NCBI GenBank assembly: GCA_044892525.1
Contig: CM097885.1
Coordinates: forward strand, 38,814,001-38,878,000
Reading direction: 5' to 3'
Source: Schmidtea polychroa
Taxonomy: Eukaryota
DNA length: 64,000 nucleotides
A program made the translations under genes and the position numbers. The notes below the pieces were generated by a model. The model was not told the DNA's origin and did not search any database. It worked only from the letters and a program-made list of their open reading frames with translations. This document shows positions 12,301 through 26,400 of this stretch, in pieces; positions within the stretch are counted from its first letter, which is position 1; every line of letters begins with the position of its first letter.

Positions 12301-15045
12301 ATATTCGTACTTGTCTTTTCGCTTCCTACCTAACCATGCCTGATTCCAAGGAAAGAATAATAATTTTCAATTTTTATAAATTTTGCACTTTCATTTTTTT
12401 GAATTTGTCTCTTGCACAATTTCTTTTACACACTTAATTTTTATTTGCAACAATTTTTGTATAACGCTAACAGTTGTAATGAAAATAAATGAAATATTAA
12501 AAGATAAAACAAAATTATGATTTATTGATAGCTAGTCTTAGGGGTCATTGCATAATTACGTCACGCTCGATTTCCTTGAAAACGTGACGAACCGTGGCGT
12601 GGGTGGGTGGATGAGTTGAGCTGAATGTGACGTCACGCTAGTTGTATTATTATTGCGACAATCTTCCTCCTCTACTATGCTACAGTGATGCTGATACTTT
12701 GACTAGACAACGATGACTAACAATTATTGCTGCTACAGCAAGCTTCCAAGCAGTCAAGAGGACCGTATGGTACCACTAGGCTACCTTCATTTTGTGAACA
12801 ATAAAATCAACTAGATCAACAGAAATGTGACCAAAAGTGACAGGGTGGGTGGGTGGTTCAAAAATGTCATTTTTGGCGTGACGTAATTATGCAATGGCTC
12901 CTTATGAGAAATGAAGAAAAAGAAATTGAAGGTAATTGATCAGTGATGGAAATAAGATGTGTCAGAAACTTTATCACAGGCCTAGAACCAGACCGGAGAC
13001 AATTTATTATATATTTATTTTTCATAAATATTAATATAAATATCAGTGGCGCACCAAGGATTTCTGGGGCCCTTGTGCAGATTTTGGGACGCACAAAATA
13101 TTTGTCGAACGAAGTGATCCGAGGAACCAAACCATAGGCAGGCTTGGGGGAAGGTGATTAGCAACTCTCTGAGTAAATTTGCGCATTTTAAAACAGAAAT
13201 AGTAGCGTTTCGGGTTGGGTTGAAAGGATATTTTGTTAATTCTCGGAATTCTCTGTATATAGAATGGGCACATGCCAGGTACCATCATGATATAATGAAC
13301 ACTAATTGTTGTTATTGTCACTAATTTATTGAAACATAATTCTTAGAAAAAACTCAGATCATACGCTTATTTCACCATAATATAAAATTGAATCACATGA
13401 TAAAAAGAAAGAACAAATTTGACATATGTGGTTTACAACAATATCCAATATAGATTCCTAATAATATTAAATGTATAAACCGTCCAAACTGTGGTTGCTG
13501 TCTTAATAAAAACAAAACAAACGCCAAAGCGATGCTTGGTTTGATGACAATCGGGGAATTTATAATGCTCGAACGTATAAATTTTACTAATTTTTCGTCC
13601 TGGGCCCTTGTGCCGTGCACAACCTGCACAACCTATTGCTACGCCACTGGGTTGATGCATGCAGCATTGATAACAGGTGATTATATGGCCCATTATCCAT
13701 GGGGTTGATGCATGCATCATTGCTACGCCACTGATAAATATAAAAAAAATTTGGGTTTGCAAAATATGACTAATTCAAATATTAATATAAACATTTTTTG
13801 TTCCTTGCGTGAAATATACGATTTTTGAGATGTTTTTTTCCTAAATACTGATTGGTCAAGCCTGAATATTAAAAAATAATGTCCATCGTCCATAGCAACG
13901 GCACTCGATAGTTTCATTTTAAAGTGTAAATTATAGGGTAACGTCTATTGGCGAGGGGTAACCACAAAGAGACCCTGAAAAAGATGTCAAAGTTAATTAG
14001 GAAGTCCATTAAACTCGATTTAATAGTTTTATTGGCTCATTACAAGAGCAATTTTTACTGAATTTGACCTTTCGGTAACTATGGGAGACATTATATTAAA
14101 AGAGAATTTCTTTCTTCAAATCCCAAACCACCCATAAAGTTGTTAACATATATGATAAAATAAAACAAAGGGAGGCGGGAGTTAATGACTGTGTATGTTA
14201 TGGTTACCCTCTCATTCTTTGTCGGGGAAAGTTTGTGATAAGTGAGAGGAGATTTTAAAGTTTCAAATAACTACAAATTGTCAAAATTTTATTTAATACT
14301 TTTAAAATTGTTTGGAAAAAACAATTTACTTCTTGTTTGTTACTTTAATCGATTATAAGTTAATGTAAGCCAGGCATGTCTGATGGCGAAAGTTTTAATC
14401 ACAAAATCTATTATTTCTGTATATATTTGTATAGTTAATCATTTTATTCGATATTTTAATTTTAACTAATGACATTACGTAGTAATCAAGAAAAGATACG
14501 TATCGTTTTCCTAAACTATCCGATGGCAATTTCCGTAGATAATCGAAATCCACTGTGTTTTTTCTAATTCTTGGTTTCTCTCTGAAATATTTATTTAATT
14601 AATTAAGCAAATTCATTGAAAGTCTTTATCACTTTAAAATTTCAATTCCACTGGGATTTGATTGCATTTTCTTGTAAAGATCATTGAGTACAATTGGAGC
14701 AGTTGTTTCGCCGAAAGTTGATATCATGTCTAACATTGAGAATATAACTAATTTAATCACGTAAAAAAATGTTTACCTTGACGCCATGGTTGAAAGAATG
14801 ATAAAATTCCTGAACCAGCAGCCAAAAGTACTTTTTGAAATGAGGAAGTTGGTATATGTGTTTCATAATTCCTTGAGTTGTATATTGGATCAAATTCATT
14901 TACATCATTATGAACTTAATATTTTAGATACATTATTATCTCTTAATATATTAATACCTTGGTCAGAATGACAATACAACTTTTTATCCAAAATAAAATT
15001 AGATTTTATCAAATATTTAAAATTATTTCTGAAAACGATTATCAT
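9338..15045 (-). CDS. COQ4: Ubiquinone biosynthesis protein COQ4, 6 exons (15045-14958, 14914-14777, 14729-14633, 14581-14479, 9815-9592, 9518-9338), ~276 aa
   Basis: Exons splice in frame at GT-AG sites. Contains [17 protein letters not shown]...[18 protein letters not shown] (HDxxH metal motif) and [19 protein letters not shown]. Intron 4 is 4.66 kb and filled with MITEs. The start codon is the least certain part. Confidence 0.93.
11562..12042. mobile_element. hAT MITE in COQ4 intron 4
   Basis: TIR CATGGGTGGGGAACCT / AGGTTCCCCACCCTG with a perfect 8-bp TSD TACTAGAT (11554-11561, 12043-12050). Confidence 0.88.
12541..12901. mobile_element. PIF/Harbinger-type MITE (right end repeated at 1-106; half copy at ~10348-10435)
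   Basis: TIR GGGGTCATTGCATAATTACGTCACGC / GCGTGACGTAATTATGCAATGGCTCC with a 3-bp TTA TSD. Confidence 0.8.
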
Positions 15046-17011
15046 AATTTATTTATTAAATTTCATGCTAATAGAAATTTATAAATTAGGTTAACTTTTA
15101 AAAATTTGTTTAACACCAACTTGCATATTTAAACAATCAAGGATATTTAATTATTTCAATTTTTTATTAGATTTTCTTTCTTGAATAACTAAAATTGGCC
15201 GTTTCAATATTATACTATTTATTAGAAATCAGCAATCTTTATATTAACAAGAGTTATATTTTTCTTTTCAAGTTTCATCATAAATTTAAACTATTGTCAA
15301 TTAATTGAACATCTTTAAAAATGAACGAATGAATCATCTTTATGAATCATCATAAGTCTCAAGAAATCAAATGTCTAGTTCGTTTCTTCTGAATGTATTA
15401 TAAATCTTTATTAATCTTTTTAATACTAGAACAGCAAAAACATGATTTTTGAGTAAATAATTAAACATACATGGCAACGATTTAATTCTAAGATAGCGTC
15501 ACTCAAACATTCGTTTTACATTATATTTCGATTGTTTTTCAGTCATCGTCAAGTAGGATAGAATAATTCTCAACTAGATAAAAAAAATTATTTGTCTGGC
15601 AAATTAGAATTAGATATTGTTTATATGTTTTGAAATAAAGAAAGAAACTATTAAATTGCCAATCAAAAAAATGAAAAACTGAAAAAGTATTTTATAGGAA
15701 ATTTGAAATTTCGTCACTCAATAATTTATAATAATTTATCTTAAAATGAAGAAAAACAAACAGTTAGTGAATTTAAACTATAGGATTGTGTGAAATTCAT
15801 GCAAACTACGCAATGTGTTTATTAATAAATCTAAAACTCCGGTTGAATTGTGCTCTGATCTTATTTATCAGTTTACATGATATGGGTGTAATGCCACTTC
15901 CCGTCATCTCTGTATTCAAATTCGAGAACATTATAGACCGAAGCCAATATTAGTTAGCACAATAGGGGCTGTAAGAGTAAAATATGTATGTCTGATTTTA
16001 AAATTTTATTAAAAAACTTCGATAATTATTGGGAACGTGTAATTTGTGAAGCGTTATTGATAAAGTTATTGAATACAAAAATTAAATGTTTTTAAATAAT
16101 TTTTTTGTATATTGTATGTATGAATTGTTGTTATTAAATTAAATAATTAATAAATTACTAAATTAAATTTCAATATTTTAAAATTTAAAAAATAATATAT
16201 TACCTGAATTATAATTCTTATAATTTTTAAAAGAATGAAATGTTTTTATTAAAAATATTTTATATAATTAATAATTAATGCAATTAATAAATTTGTTTAA
16301 AAATCCTTAATTTCTATAGTTATTATATCCTACCTGATAATGACAAGAAAACTGTCGAAATATATGGTGAAACGAATGTCTGATTGGCGCTTTCTTATAA
16401 TTTATCTTATGATTTAGATATGTATTACAAATCATTTTGATTTCTTTTTTTTACAATTTCCCGCCATAGAATTTCCTCTAATATATGTAGATTTGTGAGA
16501 CATTGCGTGGAATCTCATCGAAATTCATCGTAAATGGATAACATTTGTTTGATCCCCTGGGACCAGCTGTTAGGTAAAGTAAGTAATAGAAGGTGATCAT
16601 CAGTACAAAGTAAGCTCCATTACTAGAACTGCTAATGCCTTGGCTGACATAAGAACCATGGACAACTATTAAAGGTGTAACAGAAGGTGAACTATGAGTC
16701 CTGTATAAATTTAAATATCATAATAATATGTTGTCAATATAACAACTATAAAGCAACAATAAAATGATTTATTATTGTGATTGACAATGAAAGCCTTTAA
16801 TATGTTTCGGAAGTGTTGTAGTTAGCATCAATAAATGTTAATATGTTTCAGATTTTGTCTATGCTCATTTTCTTCAAGATAAAGGATGTTTTCCTTATCG
16901 AAATTTCTTTGAAATTTAATAAAAATCGCTGATACAGATTTTCCCGTGACTGTTGACGAAGTTCTCTTTCTTCTAAGTTTCCATTTCGAATAATATGACT
17001 TCATTCAATGC
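12796..17011. repeat. Segmental duplication, copy 2
   Basis: Near-identical to 1-4216. Confidence 0.97.
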
Positions 17012-17769
17012 TTGAATATAATTCTTGATGTGAACCTTTTAACTTCTTAACAGTATTTATCTTGCCTGTTCACTTTCCCTTTCATAATGTACAGATTATA
17101 TTTCGCTTCATTTTTTACTTGGATTTTTTCTACTAATTTTGTTTGGGTGCTATATTTAGTCTAGTCATGGATCTTTACTTTCAATTATAAATACTTTGGG
17201 CTGTAACCCATCTATATAGGAATTTGTTTTGAATTTCTCGGTTACATAGAAAGCACCGCAGAATATACAAATTAACAAAAAATATCAAATAAACATGTTA
17301 TAATGAAATAAGACATTAAATAAATTATAATAAAAAAATGTAATAAAATAAATAATCGCAAGCAGAAGCAAAGCAAAACAATATTTAAAATATTCAAAAT
17401 TAATGAAAATTTCGAAATCATTCGAAAACGACCAACAATCAGTTAAAAATTAACATTGAAAATAAATAAAATAGGATGGCGGAGTAAACAGAAAGGTTAA
17501 TTAAAAAATTAATTAACATAACACGAATATTCTTAGAAATACCTAAAGGGTCAATCGTAAAAAGAAATGAATAAAAGCAAAATGATTGCCTAAAACGAAC
17601 TAGGAACACGCCGGTGGAAAACATACACTGACATGACAATATAACTTTCGGTGCATTTTGACACAAACTTACTGACTTTTACCACTTTTCTGAAAATTAA
17701 CAAAATTATCAATATTAATAATTTTGTATTGAATATACTTAATGGCAGTTTTGTTTTTGTTGTTCCTAT

Positions 17770-18800
17770 CAATTTAACTCAAAAGGAAACCTCCCTCAAA
17801 ATAATTATGATAGGTAGTGGTCGGTAGATAAATCATAGAGTATGATATCAATAATGAAGGACAATGTCCATCTGACAACACTATATCCTGCAAATTCACT
17901 TACGGCGAGTGTCACGCACAAACACTTATATCAAGAGATCACTTTTATTCTGATGACAATAACGAGAGATGATCAACGTACCATACCCATTAATGTCCCT
18001 AGTAATCTCGACGAAAGCATGTAGTAATTGTACTAATTCCACCACGTACCGAATTTAATCGAATTTATTGAGTATTAGATTTTTGTATTAGCATGAGCCA
18101 GCTTCTGATTGATAGCAATTGTAATACTGATTATTAATTAGTTTCGCTAAACATACTGCACTCATCACCCAAAGATGGTCAGTCAATAGAAATAAGGCAC
18201 GCATAAGTCGATTGATTTACCCATAAGTATAGGTATGACAGTGGACGCTTAACACATAAGACTATCACAATTGATGCGGAAACATCATTTTTGCACGAAT
18301 ATCTCCAAACTTCCTCATTTCACCATGATTCATAATTTTCTAAGTTTTCTCCATCAAATCTACTGCGGAACGTTAAAATTATTTCGACGTTAAATCTGAC
18401 TTATTAATTGATAATCTTATTAATGATAGAACCAAGAAAGATGAACCAAGTTTATTTCGCACTAGAGTGTTTGGAATTAAAATTATCTGAACAATCTAAC
18501 TTTAATTTGGGCGCTACATACGACGACGGAAGATAAGTGATATGGCATGGAAGTTCGCAACGAACCAAAAAATTTGGTGGGTAACCTTAGAAATGAACCT
18601 CTCATTTCAGGGTGTAACAAGAGCCTAGAATAAAAAAGTAGAAAAAACTTAGAGAACCAGGTCAATCATATTAGAAGAACGATTGTCAGGTTTATGTATG
18701 ATGAGCGTACACAGAAAGAGACTCGATGACAACGAAATATTTGTTAACGCTTCCATATCAAAGTTTGCAGAGAAACCGAAAAGATTACAACTTTTATTTT
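17770..18800 (+). pseudogene. Heavily decayed Ty3/gypsy integrase-region remnant
   Basis: Weak integrase-like fragments (HCTHHPKMVSQ, resembling YHPQTDGQ) with many stops. Confidence 0.35.
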
Positions 18801-19750
18801 TAGAAATTGACAAAAATAAATGACAGGTTTAATTTTAAAATCTTATTCTGTTTTGCAAGAGTTATTTTATTATTTTGTTTTAGGCTTATTTCTTTGATAT
18901 TCATATTATATAAATGAATTTTTTAGAACGAAAGTTAGTTTTAATGTGTCAATTAAAATTTCAAAAATTTTGTATTGTATTAATTAGAAAATGAAAAGTG
19001 GTGAATATTAATATTCTCATCCTTTAGAACATTAATATTTGTTTGCAAATCACTAAATAATTCCATAAATTTTATTTAATAAATTATATACTCAAAACTT
19101 TTCTTTGTTATTTAAAAAAGTTTCAATCTTTCTTTTAAAATATTTTTCGATAAAAATATTTTTTAAAAATGTTAAATTTCAATCTTCTTTATAAATATCT
19201 TATTAAAATATTTTTTAAATTTAACAAAATTTCTAATTAAAACATTAAGAATCTTTCATCTTCCTCATAGTGAACTTGCACCACCTTGCATCTCCCTATC
19301 GGCGCCCCTGTCTCTAACTGATTTGATTTCACTAAAGTATGAGTTCCAATTTCTAAAATAATATAAGTTCAAAACATTACTAATGAATTTCATTCCGAAA
19401 AACTATCACATCTAATTCTTCAAACTTGGTATTCAATGTCAAAACAATGGAATACTAATAAGAATAAGAATACTAATAAATTTCAATTTCACAATTATAG
19501 AGACTCCTGTAAATACAAATTTAATGAAATATTAATGAAATAACACTTAATAAAGGCATTGGCAAAATTTTATGTTACATAGGAAAATAAAATTGTGATT
19601 TAAAGAAATAATGAAAATAAATGAAACAGAAGGCAGATCAAATGTGAACAATAAATTAGCGGATTTTATTGGAATAATAATATTCAATTTTCCTATTTAA
19701 TTTTTTCAATTTATTATTAACACTAGATTACGGGTAAAAATAAAAAAAAT

Positions 19751-19819
19751 CGTGTACTTAGACATGCATGGCTTAATCTTTGAGATAAACATATGACTAC
19801 TGGCAGGATCAACCAGATA
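19751..19819 (-). rRNA. Isolated 69-nt fragment of the 18S rRNA 5' end (not a full gene)
   Basis: Reverse complement TATCTGGTTGATCCTGCCAGTAGTCATATGTTTATCTCAAAGATTAAGCCATGCATGTCTAAGTACACG matches the canonical 18S start with ~2 internal substitutions. No continuation follows. Confidence 0.93.
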
Positions 19820-19945
19820 TTAAAATAGGAATACTTAATTCGATATGAGAAATAAAGGAGTCGGAAGAGGGGAGTAATTAATATTTACCTATATTTCATG
19901 ACGTATCTAAAAACCAACATATGTATTCAAAAAATAATAAATCAG

Positions 19946-20061
<116 letters not shown>

Positions 20062-20440
20062 CAATCGAATTTTAAATGAGTCAAATTATCTCAGTCCGTA
20101 AAATTAGTGTTAAATGGCAATTAATTAAATCTACGTAACTATTTTTTTGATTATCCAAATAATTAAAAAAAATCATTTTTGCTTTTTTTGAATTATTGTG
20201 AAAATAAAATTGATAGAATTGATAGAATTATCTATTTATTTCTCTATGACAAATTTCATCACAAATCAGCAAATACTTTGATGGTTTATTTATTAATAAA
20301 ATACAATTGTGAAATGTTGTCAAATACCAAAAGTAAAGATTATTTTATGAGAATAAAATAATTCTTCTATACTCGCGACAGCATATAAAATGGAAACCTT
20401 TTCTTTTTCGAATGTTTAACATTCGAGTGAAAATTTGGTT

Positions 20441-23400
20441 TTATGCATTTCTAGCATTCAACTTTAAAAACGTATTAGGAAAAGTTTCTTTTAAATAATT
20501 CATACATTTGTCTAAATTTTCTTTGTTCGGTCCAGCAACTGTACATCGGTAGGTAATTTTATTTCGAAAGGCTTGACATGATAATGGATCATATGAATTT
20601 ATAGGCCCATCAATTGCGATTCGGCATCCGTTTTTCGCAGCTACAGATTTCACTCTTCTGTCGATAGGATTTAAATGGGCTTTAATAATATCATCATATG
20701 GACTCAATTCAAATGAGCGGAACACTTTAAAATTACTTGGAAACTTATTATCACCGGATAAATTTATGTTTGAGGCTGCCTTTTTAACTGTATTTATGTT
20801 TCTAGTTGGAGAGGTTTTTGGTTTTATCAATGGTCGCATGTCTAAAGATTCGCTTCGAAGAGTTTTAAGATTATTTTTAGCACTTATAATTGATTCCATA
20901 TCACTACTCGACGATTCGTGTACTTTTATTGAACGACTATCGTATTTCTTATTCTTTTCTATTGTTTTACAAATAGCTTGAAGTTCGGAATTTATTATAT
21001 TATTTGCCCGGTTGACTTTTAAACATGAATTTGTAGTCTTTGTTCCAATAGGACAACCGGGGGTTAATTTGGTACTTATTAAATCATTTTTGTGAAGTGG
21101 ATTATCCCAAAATGAAGCTGTGCTGGAATTTGACGATATCGGTGATTTTATTAATGCTGCTCGAGACTTTCTCAAACTCATCGATGCTTGTAAGTGAGTT
21201 CCTAGATTTTCTAATAGTCTTTGAATTTCAAGGGATGCATTTTTCGTACTGTTTTTATTGTCACTGTTTTCATGATCGAAATTTATTTTATCGTTCCATC
21301 CAACTTTTGGTAAACTGATTTTCTCTTCTTTAGTATTTCCATGATTGGGTGAAAACTTTAACACTTTATTATTGTTAAATTTACTTATATTACTGCTACA
21401 TCTATTCCAGGTTTCGGATTTACTACTTTTAATATTAGACTGTATCACGGGTTCAGTTATTTTACTTGGATCATCTCCTTTGAAATTCACTAAATTTGAT
21501 TTATTTGGCGGTGTTCTTATGATATTTCTAGATATAGCTGATTTGACAATTGAGTTATGATCTTCTATATCTCCAGCTATCATATCAGAATATTCGTTTT
21601 TCGAAGATTTTATTACACTTATACTTTTGTCCGAATCGGAAAATTCCATAGCTGTGTCTGAAAGATTGTTGGTGATTATTGAATTTCTTGATGAATTAAG
21701 CTTTAAACGCTGAAAATAATGTAAATTTAAGGAGGTTTTATTTAGACAAAAAGAAATTATTTATTTTTTATATATAAATCAAGATTAGATTTTACCAAAC
21801 TGCCTTTTACCATATGTTTTGATATATACCATTGTCAAATTCAATCTGTTATAAGATGAAAAACCTGGACACTGTCTGATGCATGTACATTTACACATTA
21901 GTAATATTAGTCAGAACTATTGGGCCACTACGAGAACGGATGTTAAACACAAAAAGATCTATCATCACCCATCAAAAATTAAGATAAGCACACAATTTTG
22001 AGTGTTAAAATACATATCGACAATGTTGGCGCATTGTCAATTGTAAATAATAAAAGATTTTGCTTACTATTATGACAAGAAGCGATCCCCATCTCTGATA
22101 TCACAAATAGCTTAGTAACCAAAATGATAGAAAACGAGTGGATAGCGAGATATTGAGCCTTCAAAGTAATAATCATAGAAAATGGGAAGCAATTAACTTC
22201 ATCCACAATTAAGGAAGTCTATCAAAATCATAATATCGGCTACAGACACACAACACCATACCATTCTCAATGCTATGACAAAGTTGGAAGACTTCAAAGA
22301 GCTCTCATTACAGAAAATATTAATCTATCACCAACCCAAGCGGGTTACGGAATGAATGGAAAACTACCAGGATATATTATAATTAAAATAAGAAAACAAA
22401 ATTGGAAAGCAATCTTCCCAGAAGATTTAAAGATGCATTCCCATATGTGGCTGAAGAAAGAGACAAGAACAATCCTGAGGCTCATGTATGATCGACCTTT
22501 CCGAATAATAAGCTGATGCCCAGACCTCAAAAAGTTTGAGATTTAATTCCCCATAAGAAAAATTCACGTATCGGTAGACAAGCTCAAAGCCGCCCATGAT
22601 CCAGGTGAAGAGCTCTGTAATCAAACCAATTAAATCATTATAAATATTAAATCAATATTTATAATACAGTAGATTTCGCTTATAGAGAACTTGCTTAAAG
22701 AGAACAAAATCGGTTAAAGAGAATTTTTTGGTTTAAAAACGGCATTTACCCCAATTTTTCAGTGTAAATGTTCTCTTTAACCGATCATCGGTTAAAGAGA
22801 ACATTTTTTTATTTTGGGTTTATTTTTTATTTTTGTTTTAAAAAGGTAATTGATTAAAACCTGATTAAAGGTTATTTGATTAATTGAAAATATTATTTTA
22901 CTTAAAAATTTTAGGCCATAATGAAATCAAGTTCTAGGACAATTCTAACACTCAAACAGAAATTTGAAATCATAGCACTTTTTGAGAAAGGAGAAAGCCA
23001 AGCATCATTGGCCAGAAAATATAAAATATCACCTTCATCAATATCAAACATTTGTCACAAGAAAAGGGAAGAAATACTTGAGTCCTACAGTTCCAGGCCT
23101 TCATCAACCAAGAAACTGAAACAATCTTTTTATGATGATTTAGATATTCAGTTAAGGGATTGGTATTTGCTGCAACGATCCAAAAAGATTCCCATTAACA
23201 GTGTATTACTTATTGAAAAAGCTGATCAAATTGCCAAATACCTAAAGATTCAAGATTTTACTTGCACAATGAGTTGGATCCAACGTTTTAAAACTCGGCA
23301 TTCTCTTGTTTTCGGATCTATTTCTGGAGAAGCTGGTGATGTAAATAATGAGTTGGTGGCGTCGTGGCTTAAAAATGAGTGACCGGAAATTAGGAAAGGT

Positions 23401-26400
23401 TATGGTAACAAAGATATTTTTAATGCAGACGAAACGGGATTATTTTACAGGCTTTTACCAAATAAAACAATTAAGGTTAAAGGAGAAAGGTGCGTTGGAG
23501 GTCAGTTATCTAAGGATAGGATAACTTTGTTATTTTGTGCAAGTATGGAAGGTGAAAAATTGCCTCCATTAATAATTGGAAAATCAAAAAATCCCCGATG
23601 TTTTAAAAATGTTGATATTACTTCCCTATATTATAAAAACAATCAGAATGCATGGATGACGTCAATACTTTTTTCAAATTGGATTGTGTCATGGGATTCT
23701 AAATTAAGAAGTATTGGAAGAAATATTATTTTATTAGTAGATAATTGTTCTTCCCATCCTCCGTTAGGTCAATCTTTAACAAATATTGATCTAATTTTTA
23801 TGCCTCCAAATACCACAAGTAAGTTACAGCCTTTAGATGCCGGGGTTATCAATGCTTTTAAGCAGTATTATAAAAAAGGAATTGTTACAAAAATGATTCA
23901 TTTTTATGATTCTTATCCAGAAGAAAAATTTAAAGTAAGTATTCTTGATGCAATTAGTATGGCTAAAACGGCTTGGTCAAAAGTTAGCTGTAATACTATA
24001 AAAAATTGTTTTAGGCATGCTGGTTTCGGCGAAGTGGTTGAAGGAATGGCAATAAATGAAATATTTTCATCTGATATAGAGGAATATTTTGAAAAGCAAC
24101 ACTCGTTTACTGATTTTGTTAATGCTGAAGAAAATTTAGTAACAGAAAATGTCACTGAACAGGAAGTAGAATTAAATTTGTCGCTATCTGATACGTCAGA
24201 TAACAATCAATGTGTTGAGCTTCCCAACATTCATAAAGCATTTGAGTGCATGCAACAAGTAGTTCTTTTTTATTCAAATCAGGAAAAAACTGGCCATTTA
24301 CAAGAAAGTTTAATAGCAATTGAATCAGATTTGGAGAAGATTTTACTCAAGAAAAAAACCAGGCAACGGAAAATAACTGAGTTTATTTTCAAAAAATAAA
24401 TGTGTTAGTTAGTAAAATTTTTTGAATATTTTTAAAATTATCCTTATTAAAAAGTATCGGTTATAGAGAAGTATCGGTTATAGAGAACATTTTTTCAAGT
24501 CCCAAAAATGTTCTCTTTAAGCGGTATCTACTGTAATTACATATAAAGTTAATTTGATAAAAACAGAATCTTAATATCAACTCTCAAGACAACAGTGACT
24601 TTATTTAATTTTCATTTATCGATATACTAATTATAATCTCCTAGTAATATATTAAAAAATAGACATTAAAATTACTGACAATTTTGCCTCATTTATAATC
24701 ATCAACATTTCATCACATGACATTTTATCACGCGACAACCTATCGCATTGAATAATAATTGTAAGATAAAAATCAAATTAACAAATTGTATAAAATAAAA
24801 TAATATAAAATTAATATCTCGAATATCTCGATATCTTACAACCAAACGTTGGATTAAACTGAAATCTCCACTGAATAGTACCATCTTTGTTGTTTCGATG
24901 CTTATTATATTCAAAATTTTCAAAAATTACTGTTTGTTTTCCATTTGAAGAAACTTCAAATTCAAATGAATCCATTTGTAATCGTTTATTTAATAAAATT
25001 GTATTTATTAATTAAAAATATATAAAGTGATAAGTTGTCGCGTGAATGAATGTCGCGTGATAAAATGTCGCGTGATAAATTGTCTGTACACGCATCAATA
25101 TATTATTTAAAATTGTACGTACATTCGTAGATTTTGTTAAAGTTGGTATAGTTATATATAACAATACTGGATTTTTGAAGAATGGTGTCAGGGCATAACG
25201 AACATTTAACAAGAGAGCTAAGAGAAATGTGTGAAGCATAAAAAAAGAAAAAGAAATCTGAAAGTATATGAAAACGAGACGATGATTAGCATTGGCACAA
25301 TCAGAAAGAATCAATATCATTTAAGCCAATATTGTAGAATAGAACAAGTTATCAACTTGATAAATGATAAATGAAGGAACTTGATAAATGAAGGAACTAG
25401 TGTGAATTTGAAGCTTTGGAAACAGTTAAAGAAAATAGAAGTGAGAGAAGAGCTTATATAAAGAAATAGGTATTGTAAAAATAATTTCTAAAGGACAAAC
25501 GAATAACTACATCGAAGAATTACACCAAGAACTCTGACACGTTGGTATCGAAAGAACAATGAGAGGAACGATAAAATGTACTAGTGGACAAAGATGGAAG
25601 AAAAATCTTTTCACAATAAAAATAGAAGAAACACAAAAGAAGATATAAGAGATTGGGATCTTGATAAGTTGAATAGAAGAAAAGTTCGGATGCAAAATAT
25701 GAAAAGGACAATATGAAATTATAGAAAAAATAAACGATTAGACAATGAAGCTTCAAGTTAGAACGAATTGAAGGATAATTAAGCGAAATTATAATAGAAT
25801 AAAAATAATCAGATCAGATGACATTGTGGCGGAAAAGAATAGTTAAGAGACAAGTATGAGAAATAAATAAATGAAGACATGTAATAGAAAAAGAAATACT
25901 TTAAAATCGAGAGAATAAGCAGAATCAAAAAAGAAATAAAAATCCAACATATTTTCAAGACTTCGATTATGAATCAAAATAGAGAAAAAGATTACTATAA
26001 AATTCGGCGGGGATTGAGATAAACAAATCAGCTCCAGACTATAACGTGCGCCACAAGGGCAATCGCACTGGGCCCCTTGTGTTTGAGGACTGTAAATATT
26101 AATTACACTACAAAAGCATCTCCAATAGCAAAAAATATACCACGAATCGAAAATAAAAAACAAAGATGAAAATTCTAAATTCATTTTACTTTCATACAAA
26201 TCGATTTAACTTTTAACAAATATTATTATTTAATAAATAGTTAAACATACATGGCAATGATTTAATTATAAGATAACGCCAATCAAACATTTTTTTCACG
26301 ATTAATTTCGACAGTTTTCCTGTCATCATCAGGTGGGATATAATACTCATTAAATAAAGGATTTTAAACAAATTTAATTATATATAAAAAAAAATTTTTT

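Noticed and set aside
16400..17260. Possible gene upstream of COQ4 on the minus strand
   Set aside because: No consistent exon chain and stops in all frames; more likely a decayed transposase.
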